Shown here piece after piece: positions 18,540-27,200 of a DNA stretch of 64,000 nucleotides. A program made the position numbers and the translations under genes. A model generated the notes under the pieces. That model worked only from the letters and a program-made list of their open reading frames with translations. It was not told where the DNA came from and did not search any database. Source of the DNA: an uncultured archaeon (GTDB lineage: Archaea > Aenigmatarchaeota > Aenigmatarchaeia > QMZP01); NCBI GenBank assembly GCA_964537525.1, contig CAZIAB010000001.1, positions 425 through 64,424 on the forward strand. Direction: 5' to 3'. Numbering within the stretch: the stretch's first letter is position 1; every line of letters starts with the position of its first letter.

Positions 18540-19394
18540 ATGGCAAAGGGCAAAGGCGTTCTGGCTTCAAAATCAGTAATAATCATTCCTGTAATGATTC
18601 TCCTGCTCTCTGTGGGTTTCCTTGCATACGGTTACATGCAAACGGGGGAGTGGTTCCAGCGTTCCATAGAGCTGAAGGGAGGGACCCTTATAACCGTGAA
18701 CAGCCCCTCGGGATTCAGCACAGGCGAGATTACTGAATCGCTCGAGAGTGCTTACGGAACCATTGTCTTGAGGGAGCTTAGGAGCTTCTCGGGGTATGCG
18801 ATGACCATAGAGGTCTCTTCTGACGTGAATCCGGACGACGTCATCCGGACTCTTGGCTCGCTGGGAGTGGACGTGACAGACTCCTCCATAGAGACGATAG
18901 GACCCTCGCTCGGCGAAGCGTTCTGGTTCCAGGCGCAGCTCGGGATAGTAATCGCCTTCATATTCATGGGGATAATAGTCTTCGGGATATTCCGGACCCC
19001 TGTCCCATCCATGGCAGTCATGATGGCTGCGGTTTCTGACATAATAATCACGCTCGCCATGATGCAGGTCTTCGGCATTGAGCTCTCGCTCGCGAGCTTT
19101 GCCGCACTCCTCATGCTGATAGGTTATTCGATTGACACTGACATACTCCTCACGACCAGGATACTGAAGACAGAGGGTGACCTGAACGGGAAGATATGGT
19201 CGGCATTCAAGACAGGAATCACCATGACCGGGACAACCCTGGGGGTCCTGGTTGCAATACTGGTTACAACGTCATCTGCTGTCCTGTTCGGGATAGCGTC
19301 CGTCCTCGCGATAGGCCTCGTGATAGACATCATCAACACATGGCTGCAGAACGCGACTATACTGAAATGGCACGCAGAGAGGAGGGGGCTTTGA
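18540..19394 (+). CDS. secF: protein-export membrane protein SecF
   Basis: MAKGKGVLASK... with an N-terminal TM helix, a small periplasmic domain and the C-terminal SecD/F 5-TM bundle (LIGYSIDTDILLTTRI). The ORF-track start (18273) is upstream non-coding sequence, so I used the ATG at 18540. Confidence 0.8.
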   Translation: MAKGKGVLASKSVIIIPVMILLLSVGFLAYGYMQTGEWFQRSIELKGGTLITVNSPSGFSTGEITESLESAYGTIVLRELRSFSGYAMTIEVSSDVNPDDVIRTLGSLGVDVTDSSIETIGPSLGEAFWFQAQLGIVIAFIFMGIIVFGIFRTPVPSMAVMMAAVSDIIITLAMMQVFGIELSLASFAALLMLIGYSIDTDILLTTRILKTEGDLNGKIWSAFKTGITMTGTTLGVLVAILVTTSSAVLFGIASVLAIGLVIDIINTWLQNATILKWHAERRGL

Positions 19395-21193
19395 TGCTCA
19401 AGTACTGGAGGGTATGGCTTCTCGTGGTGATGGTATTCGCATCTGTAATGGCGATAGGTTTCAAGACCTACCCATACGGAAGGGATGCCGTGGAGATAGT
19501 CTATGTATCCAACGATTCTTCTGCGAGGGGAATCCTCGAGCAGGGCATGTTCATAACGAACATCAACGGTGAGAAGATACCTGACATCGGGACATGGAAC
19601 CTGATAACATCGGGAATCAGGGACCGGAACGTGACGCTCAGGGTCAACGGGAAGAACTATGAATTCTACGTTAATGAAACCATGGGAATAGACGCGATAG
19701 ATATAGAAAGGACCAACCTCAATTTCGGCCTTGACCTCAGGGGAGGGACGAGGATTATCCTTAAGCCAAAGGAGAACGCAACCAAGGAGACCATGGACCA
19801 GGTGATATCAACCCTCCAGACAAGGGCGAACATATACGGGCTCAGGGAGATGAACTTCTTCTCCATAAGGGGAGCGGACGGAGACTATTACCTGCAGATA
19901 GAGGTCGCGGGTATAAAGAGGGACATAATCGATGAGCTGCTCTCGGCGCAGGGCAGGTTCGAGGCAAAGATATCGAAGCCGGTTGAGATATCCGGGGGGT
20001 CGGGGACAATCCAACTGGTCTCTGAATCATTCCCGGTTACCATGGCAGGCAACGATACGATAATGATTGGGGGGATGGCATATGAGCAGGGAGACAGCTT
20101 CACTCTCGGCGGGATAGAGTTCGAGTACGTGAACGCAACTGACACGAGGCTCTTCCTCATGGGAAAGGCTTATGACGGCGATGACATAGAGCTCATATAT
20201 TCCGACCCGCAGAGGTCTGGCATCATGCCCATACAGGGAGGTTACAGGTTCTTCTTTGGCGTGCTGGTCTCTCCTGAGGGCGCGCAGAGGTTCGCTGACA
20301 TAACCTCCGGCGTGCAGAGCTACCTGGACCTTGTCGGTGGGGAGAGATACCTCGAGAGTGAGATATTCCTTTACCTGGATGAGCAGCTCGTATCGAGCCT
20401 GAGGATATCGTCAGACCTCGGCGGAAGAATAGTGCAGGAACCCCAGATAACGGGGAGCAGGGTGGAGCAGGAGGATGCGATACAGGAGAAGCTGAGGCTC
20501 CAGGCGATACTGAGGTCAGGCGAGCTTCCCACCTCACTGGAGACCGTCTCCGTAGGCGTTATATCACCCGCCCTCGGGGAGGAGTTCTTCAACTCGACCC
20601 TGTATGCGGCTCTCTTTGCTGCCGGCGCGGTCATAATAATAATATTCGTGAGGTACAGGAGCCTTAGGATTTCCATTCCCATGGTATTCATCGGGTTGTC
20701 AGAGGTCGTGATAATACTGGGGATATCCGCGGCAAATGATGCGATGATATGGCTGGTTGCCCTCCTCATAAACTTCCTGATAGTTTCCATTTCATGGTGG
20801 AAGAAATTCGAGATTGACATATACGCGTGGATAGGGGCGATACTGATACCTTTGCTGGGAATGGCGACATGGACCATAGACCTCCCGGCGATAGGCGGTA
20901 TAATCGCCGCGATAGGAACGGGCGTTGACCACCAGATAATCATAGCTGACGAGACCCTCAGCAGGAGGAGCGGGGACAAGAGGGACTACACTGTGAGGGA
21001 GAAGATAAAGAGGGCGTTCTTCATAATATTCGGCGCGGCAGCTACCACCATAGCCGCGATGATTCCGCTGATGTCGATAGGGATAGGGTTCGTCAGGGGC
21101 TTCGCGATAACCACCATAGTAGGCGTCCTGGCAGGCATCCTCGTGACGAGGCCAGCCTACGCGAGGATAATAGAGGCCATGAACAAGGAATAG
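19394..21193 (+). CDS. secD: protein-export membrane protein SecD
   Basis: MLKYWRVWLLVVMVF... with an N-terminal TM helix, a large periplasmic domain and the C-terminal SecD/F TM bundle. Its ATG overlaps the secF stop (ATGA), which indicates translational coupling. Confidence 0.8.
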   Translation: MLKYWRVWLLVVMVFASVMAIGFKTYPYGRDAVEIVYVSNDSSARGILEQGMFITNINGEKIPDIGTWNLITSGIRDRNVTLRVNGKNYEFYVNETMGIDAIDIERTNLNFGLDLRGGTRIILKPKENATKETMDQVISTLQTRANIYGLREMNFFSIRGADGDYYLQIEVAGIKRDIIDELLSAQGRFEAKISKPVEISGGSGTIQLVSESFPVTMAGNDTIMIGGMAYEQGDSFTLGGIEFEYVNATDTRLFLMGKAYDGDDIELIYSDPQRSGIMPIQGGYRFFFGVLVSPEGAQRFADITSGVQSYLDLVGGERYLESEIFLYLDEQLVSSLRISSDLGGRIVQEPQITGSRVEQEDAIQEKLRLQAILRSGELPTSLETVSVGVISPALGEEFFNSTLYAALFAAGAVIIIIFVRYRSLRISIPMVFIGLSEVVIILGISAANDAMIWLVALLINFLIVSISWWKKFEIDIYAWIGAILIPLLGMATWTIDLPAIGGIIAAIGTGVDHQIIIADETLSRRSGDKRDYTVREKIKRAFFIIFGAAATTIAAMIPLMSIGIGFVRGFAITTIVGVLAGILVTRPAYARIIEAMNKE

Positions 21194-21264
21194 TGGGTTT
21201 CTGGTTTTTGCTTGTGGTGATGATAAACTTTATTACGTGCGTGACACAAGTATAAACAGGTGAT
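21194..21264. promoter_or_regulatory. secD terminator-like T-run followed by a ppsA promoter with TATA box tataaa at 21251-21256
   Basis: tggtttctggtttttgcttg lies directly after the secD stop. The tataaa element is about 10 nt upstream of the ppsA TTG start at 21265. Confidence 0.35.
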
Positions 21265-23559
21265 TTGTTGGGATTCATATTGTGGTTCGATGACATAGGT
21301 AAGGACGACATCGAGAAGGTCGGGGGGAAGTGCGCGAACCTGGGGGAGATTGCGGACATACACGTACCGACGCTTCCCGGCTTTGCAATAACGGCAGGCG
21401 CCTATGACCACTTCATAAAGGGCGCGGGCCTGGGGGACCAAATAAAGAAGAGCCTTGAGGGGCTCGACGTAAAGAACCTGAGGGACCTGAGGAGAAGGGG
21501 CGCTGAGATAAGGAAGAGGGTTGCTTCTGCAAGAATCCCTGATGACCTCAGCAAGGAGATAATCGGTTCCTACAGGAAGCTGGGCAAGAAGCTCGGGAGG
21601 CCGAACCCCTTCGTTGCTGTGAGGTCCTCGGCGACTGCAGAGGACCTTCCGGGCGCCAGCTTTGCAGGCCAGCAGGACACATACCTGAACGTCTCGGGTG
21701 AGAAGGATCTTCTCAGCAGGGTCAGGGACTGCTTCGCTTCCCTGTTCACTGACAGGGCAATATCGTACAGGGTCGACAAGGGGTTTGACCACCTGAAGGT
21801 CAAGCTTTCCATAGGCGTCCAGAAGATGGTGAGGAGCGACGTCGGCTCATCGGGCGTGATGTTCACGATGGACCCGGATTCGGGGTTCGATGGCGTGGTG
21901 GTGATAAACGGGACGTACGGTCTGGGAGAATATCTCGTCCAGGGAAAGGTCACTCCTGACACATTCATAGTCTTCAAGAAGACCATGAAGATAATAGAGA
22001 AGAGCATCGGGAGCAAGAGGGTCAAGCTGATTAGGGGCGGGAGAGGGAACAGGGAGGCAAGAGTTTCCGAGGAGGACAGGAGCAAGTTCTGCATAACCGA
22101 TGAGCAGGTAAAGAAGCTCGCAGAGTATGCGATGATGATAGAGGATCACTACAAGAGGCCAATGGACATAGAGTGGGCAATAGACGGCGAGACAGGAGAG
22201 CTGTACATAGTGCAGGCAAGGCCCGAGACCGTCCATTCGGCAGGGAAGAAGAACATAATAAGGGATTATGTCCTTGAGGAGAAGGGCAAGGTAATCGCCA
22301 CAGGAGGCGCCGTGGGAAGGAAGATAGGCGTGGGGAAGGTGAACGTCATCAGGTCCTCGAAGGACATATACAGGTTCAAGGTCGGTGAGGTCCTGGTAAC
22401 AGAAATGACAGACCCGGACTGGGAGCCCATAATGAAGATAGCGTCCGCGATAGTGACTGACAGCGGGGGCCAGACAAGTCACGCCGCAATAGTATCAAGG
22501 GAGTTGGGTGTCCCGTGCATAATAGGGACAGACAACGCAACAGAACTCCTCAAGACGGGCATGGAGGTAACCGTAGACTGCTCAACCGGCGAGGGAAGGG
22601 TCTTCCGAGGGTTCCTGAAGTTCAGGATAATCGAGAAGGACGTGAGCAGGATACCGAGGACGAGGACGAAGATAATGCTTAACATAGGCGAGCCTAGCAG
22701 GGCATTCAGCCTCGCCAAGCTCCCGGTTGACGGGGTGGGTCTCGCGAGGGAGGAGTTCATAATAAGCAGCCACGTGGGCAAGCATCCCCTTTATCTCCTG
22801 GAGAAGGGCATGGGTGACGTTTACGTACAGGCCCTCGCAACCGGCATAGGAAAGATAGCCGCTGCCTTCTACCCGAGGCCTGTCATAGTGAGGTTGTCTG
22901 ACTTCAAGACGGATGAGTACGCCAACCTCAAGGGCGGGGAACATTACGAGCCAAAGGAGGACAACCCCATGCTGGGATGGAGGGGAGCGTCGAGATACTA
23001 TGACAAGATATTCTCCCTGGCATTCGAACTTGAGTGCAAGGCCCTCCGGATGGTCAGGGAAGACCTGAAACTGGACAACGTTATAATAATGGTCCCCTTC
23101 TGCAGGACCGTGGAGGAGGCAAAGAGGGTGAAGAGCGAGCTGTCCAGGTTCGGGCTGGACAGGAAATCCGGATGTGAGATGTACATGATGGCAGAGCTGC
23201 CGAGCAACATAATCCTTGCCGATGAGTTCGCAAAGCTCTTTGACGGCTTCTCAATAGGCTCGAACGACCTAACCCAGCTAACCTTGGGGCTTGACAGGAA
23301 CTCTGACAAGCTCTCATACCTCTTTGACGAGAGGAACGAGGCTGTCAAGCGGCTTATAGAGATGCTGATTAAGAAGGCCCACAAGAACAAGCCAAGGAGG
23401 AGTGTTGGCATATGCGGGGAGGCCCCCTCAAACTATCCGGATTTCACCGAATTCCTCGTGAGGACAGGGATAGATTCGATATCTGTGGAGCCTGACGTCG
23501 CTCTCAAGACAATCCTGCTTGTGGACAGGGTCGAGAAAAAAATCAGGGCAAAAGACTGA
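21265..23559 (+). CDS. ppsA: phosphoenolpyruvate synthase (pyruvate, water dikinase)
   Basis: 764 aa. N-terminal ATP-grasp PEP-utilizer region (GGKCANLGE), central phospho-His swivel domain (GGQTSHAAIVSRELGVPCIIG) and a C-terminal PEP-binding TIM barrel. An apparent TTG start; no in-frame ATG is seen upstream. Confidence 0.85.
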   Translation: MLGFILWFDDIGKDDIEKVGGKCANLGEIADIHVPTLPGFAITAGAYDHFIKGAGLGDQIKKSLEGLDVKNLRDLRRRGAEIRKRVASARIPDDLSKEIIGSYRKLGKKLGRPNPFVAVRSSATAEDLPGASFAGQQDTYLNVSGEKDLLSRVRDCFASLFTDRAISYRVDKGFDHLKVKLSIGVQKMVRSDVGSSGVMFTMDPDSGFDGVVVINGTYGLGEYLVQGKVTPDTFIVFKKTMKIIEKSIGSKRVKLIRGGRGNREARVSEEDRSKFCITDEQVKKLAEYAMMIEDHYKRPMDIEWAIDGETGELYIVQARPETVHSAGKKNIIRDYVLEEKGKVIATGGAVGRKIGVGKVNVIRSSKDIYRFKVGEVLVTEMTDPDWEPIMKIASAIVTDSGGQTSHAAIVSRELGVPCIIGTDNATELLKTGMEVTVDCSTGEGRVFRGFLKFRIIEKDVSRIPRTRTKIMLNIGEPSRAFSLAKLPVDGVGLAREEFIISSHVGKHPLYLLEKGMGDVYVQALATGIGKIAAAFYPRPVIVRLSDFKTDEYANLKGGEHYEPKEDNPMLGWRGASRYYDKIFSLAFELECKALRMVREDLKLDNVIIMVPFCRTVEEAKRVKSELSRFGLDRKSGCEMYMMAELPSNIILADEFAKLFDGFSIGSNDLTQLTLGLDRNSDKLSYLFDERNEAVKRLIEMLIKKAHKNKPRRSVGICGEAPSNYPDFTEFLVRTGIDSISVEPDVALKTILLVDRVEKKIRAKD

Positions 23560-23560
23560 T

Positions 23561-24199
23561 TCAGAAGCCGCCCAGTATGTCCCTTAGAACATCCTCTGGC
23601 TTTTCTGAATCCAGGACAGCGGAGGATACCAGAACACCGCTTGCGCCGAGCGCCAGGGCGGTCATGACGTCCTGGCCGGAATTAACGCCTGCCAGCACCC
23701 TTACTGCGGGGTTTGCGGTCCTGACCCTGCCTATCGTTTCTTCCAGGAGGTTACTGGAACCCGAGAACGGCAGTCCCTCCGCAGGCTCAAATGCAATGTA
23801 GCTCGGGCTCATGCCCGCTATCTGCTCCGCATGCCCGGCATCTGGCGCGAATACGACTGTAGATAAACCCACGTTCTTGGCCCTTTCAATCCTGTGCTTT
23901 ATATCATCCATGGAAAGGCTCCTTTCCGAATGGCTTATGAATGTCCCCTTTGCCCCTGCTGCCTTGACTGCCTCGGGAAGGATGTGACCCGTGCCCTGAC
24001 CGTAAGGGATGGGGTCTATGTGCTGTGCAAATACCTCGTTCTTGTAGGAAAGTGATTCTATGTCGGTCGGCTGCGCAGCAAGGACAATCCTCACTCCGCT
24101 GTCCTTTGACAGCCTGTTGGCTATGTCAGCGATGTACCTTGCCTTCCTGCCTATGCCCTGCTCATGAGCCTTAAGATTAACTATAAGAAGCTTCTCCAT
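23561..24199 (-). CDS. tpiA: triosephosphate isomerase, archaeal short form
   Basis: 212 aa. NLKAHE, the ISHSERS catalytic His/Glu region and a C-terminal phosphate-binding loop. It is convergent with ppsA, and the two stops are 1 nt apart. Confidence 0.85.
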   Translation of the reverse strand: MEKLLIVNLKAHEQGIGRKARYIADIANRLSKDSGVRIVLAAQPTDIESLSYKNEVFAQHIDPIPYGQGTGHILPEAVKAAGAKGTFISHSERSLSMDDIKHRIERAKNVGLSTVVFAPDAGHAEQIAGMSPSYIAFEPAEGLPFSGSSNLLEETIGRVRTANPAVRVLAGVNSGQDVMTALALGASGVLVSSAVLDSEKPEDVLRDILGGF

Positions 24200-24284
24200 T
24201 CACAATTGTTGTATCGCTGATTAATAAGCTAATGTTATCTTAACGTGAACGGTTCGGTTGGTTTTATAAAGCAGTGATATGTAG

Positions 24285-27200
24285 TTACGTCTTTGAGCTG
24301 AGCCTCTTTATCATGCTTATCTCTTCTTTCCTCGTCGTGGGGATTGCCGCAGGAGCGTTTATCTCAACAGGCGTTCCAGAGACTTCCGGGTAGACAATCT
24401 TTATCTCCTTCTTATTTTCGGTCTGAATCTCCTTCCATGCCCCAAGCTGGCCTGCCAAGTAGTCGACCTTGTTCTTGAAGGCATCCATCTCAGAATCCAT
24501 TATGTCCTCGTTTGTCTTTATCCGGGTCTCTATCTCGTCCCTGAGCTCGCTGACCTTCTCTTCCACGTCCTTGCCGTAATCCTTGATGCTACCGAGCCTC
24601 GTCCTGAGTTCTGTCACGGTCTCGCTGAGCTCCTTTATGGTCTTCTCTGATTCGGACAGTCTCTTTACCATTTCCTTCTGCCCCTCCGACATCTTCTTCA
24701 TGGATTCCACGCCCATCTTCTCTATGCTCTCGCTGAGCTTCTCCTCTATGCCGGGCATGCTGGCAAGCTCCCTGCCGAAGTCCTTTATGGTTTCCTTTGT
24801 CCTCATCTCAAGGTCCCTCGATTCCCTGAGTATCTTGTCAAAATCCCGCTTTCTTCTCTCTTCTGAGAGCTCGATGTCGCCAGACATCTCTGAAATCTCC
24901 TTCTTGGCCTCGGCAAGGACCAGCCTCTTGTGGTCATCTAGCATGCTTCTCGTCCTCGTCTCGTGTTCCTTTGACAGGGATACCATATCCGATTCCATCC
25001 TGGATATTCTCTCCCTTTCTGCAGACAGCTCTCCCTGAAGGCCTCTTATCTCCTTCAGGTATGCCTTTCCCTCATCCTCCAGCGTCTCCATCTTCTCTGT
25101 CATGTCCGAGAGGGAGGATATCTTTCCTGCCATCTCCTTTATCCTGGCAGAATTGCTGCCAAAGACCTTGAGCAGGGAGTCCATCACGGCAAGCTTCTTT
25201 CCAATCTCGTCTATCTCCCCTGCTGACATGTTTGAGATGTTTTCGAGGTTCGCGAGGCCTGATATCCTCTCCTTTATCCCGTTAATATCCTCAAGGCCGG
25301 ATTCTGTCTTCTTGGTCAGGGCAGAGATGCTGGATGATAATGACTTCTCCAGGACGGCTATCCTGCTGTTGAGGGAATTCTGGATGTCCTCCTGAGACGC
25401 CTTCAGCAGGCCAATGTCAGCTGCCGTCTTGTTGATTAGTTCCATGCCCTCGTCCAAATCAGAAGAGAGCTTGCTGTCCGTATCCATCCTTCCGGATTCG
25501 ATGTCATCGATCCTCTTGCTTATTGACTTCACGGTATTGATGAATTCTGATTCCTTGACCGTTCCCTTCCCGAGTCCCTCGCCCATCTTCGATAGGTAGG
25601 AAACCCTCTCCTTCATGACCCCAACATCTGCCATCATGCCCTCTGCCATTGCCAGGCTCTTTGCGAGGCTGCCTGAAACTATTGCCTGCGCCTTGAGCTC
25701 GTCATCAATAGATATCAGGTTCTCAGAGAGCTTGCTGAGCCTCTTCTCGTTGCCTGACACGTACGAATTGAGCTTCTTCTCCATGTCCTTTACCCTTGCG
25801 AGCCATGCCTTTGTATCATTGGTGTTCATGCCTGCCTGTTCCTTCCTTGCTTCCGCTATGTCCTGGGCCAGTTGCTTTATCCTGTCGTTTATTCCGGACT
25901 GCAGGGAGAGGTATGTTTCTTTCTGGTCACTTGAAAGCTGCTTCGCTCTCTCTTCAATCTTATTCTGGAGGGACAGGTTCATTTCCTTCTGGTCATCAGA
26001 GAGCTTCTTTGTTTTTTCGTCAATCTCGTTCTGGAGGGACAGGTTTATGTCTTCCTGTTCCCTGGAAAACTGCTTCGCCTTCTTGTCAATCTCAGAGCGC
26101 AGGGATGCAAGGATTTCCTTCTGGGATTCAGAGACCGTCCCTATGTACTTCCTCTGGTCACCTATCTCCTGCCTGATTGATGAGATGTCCTGGAAAATCC
26201 TGTCAAGCCTGGACTCCTTCTTGCTGTCCTTCCCTCCGAAGACCTTCTCCAGGGCAGCTATCCTCTGCCTCCCCTCGGACAGGTTCTCCTCAAGTGACTT
26301 GAGCTGCTTTGAAAACATCCGGAAAATCTTCGAGTTTGACTCGATGTCCGTTATCCTCGCCACGAGGCTTTCGACGTCATCATGAAGGGAAACGACATCT
26401 TTCTTTTGCTCCTCTGCCATCCTTCTAATCGTCTGGTTAATTTCAGAACGAACGGATGAAGGAACAGTCTTCTGTTCATCTGACAGTCTTCCGAGGATTT
26501 TCTTCTGTTCCCCAATCTCTTTATTGATTGCCTTGGAGTTCGAATCAATGGTTGCCATCCTTTCCGTGATTTTCTTGATGTCGTTCATAAGGCCAGGGAA
26601 GGTTTTCGTGTCCGATTCCATCCTGGTTATCCTTGTCATCAGCTTCCCGACGTCATCATGAAGGGAGGATGCATCTGTCTTCTGTTCACCTGCCATTTGC
26701 TTAATCCTCTGGTCTATTTCGGAGCGCATGGATGAAGAAGCGGCCCTCTGTTCATCTGACAGTCTTCCGAGGATTTTCTTCTGTTCCCCAATCTCCTTGC
26801 CGAACATCTTCGTGGCCGATTCGATACCACCTATCCTCTCCCTCGTGCTTTCAATCTCGTCAATGATTTCCGGGAGCGGCTTGGTTCCCATCTCGAGCGC
26901 AATCACCCTTCCCTTGACGTCATCAAGCTCCACGATTGCCTTGGGGAGGAGCTTTATGTTAGCAATCATCTCCTTTATCTTCTGCACCATGTCCATTGTC
27001 TTGGGTATCTGGCTGACGACCGCCTCCATGCCGATTACCCTCTCCTCGAGCTCATCAACGGATTTGGTGTTGTCAGAGACGTCAGCTACGAGATTCTCGA
27101 GCTTCGTGAGCCTGTCCCTCATCGAGTGCATGCTGTCAACGCTCTGCTGGACCGTCTTTGAGAATGACTCAAGCCTCACGAGCGTCTTTGAGAATTCACC

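Noticed and set aside
19196-19393. ORF-track extension of secD upstream to 19196, overlapping secF
   Set aside because: The extension is in a different frame from secF and has no SecD-like sequence. The ATG at 19394 (MLKYWRV..., a TM helix) is the natural start and overlaps the secF stop.
21265-23559. Checked ppsA, secD, hmgA and AglB for inteins or large insertions
   Set aside because: The lengths (764, about 600, 423 and about 775 aa) and the motif spacing are normal for these families.
25899-26950. Tandem direct repeats considered as a CRISPR array
   Set aside because: The repeats are in-frame (66 and 276 bp) and sit inside a long ORF. There are no unique spacers, no cas genes, and the repeat units are imperfect at the protein-coding wobble positions.
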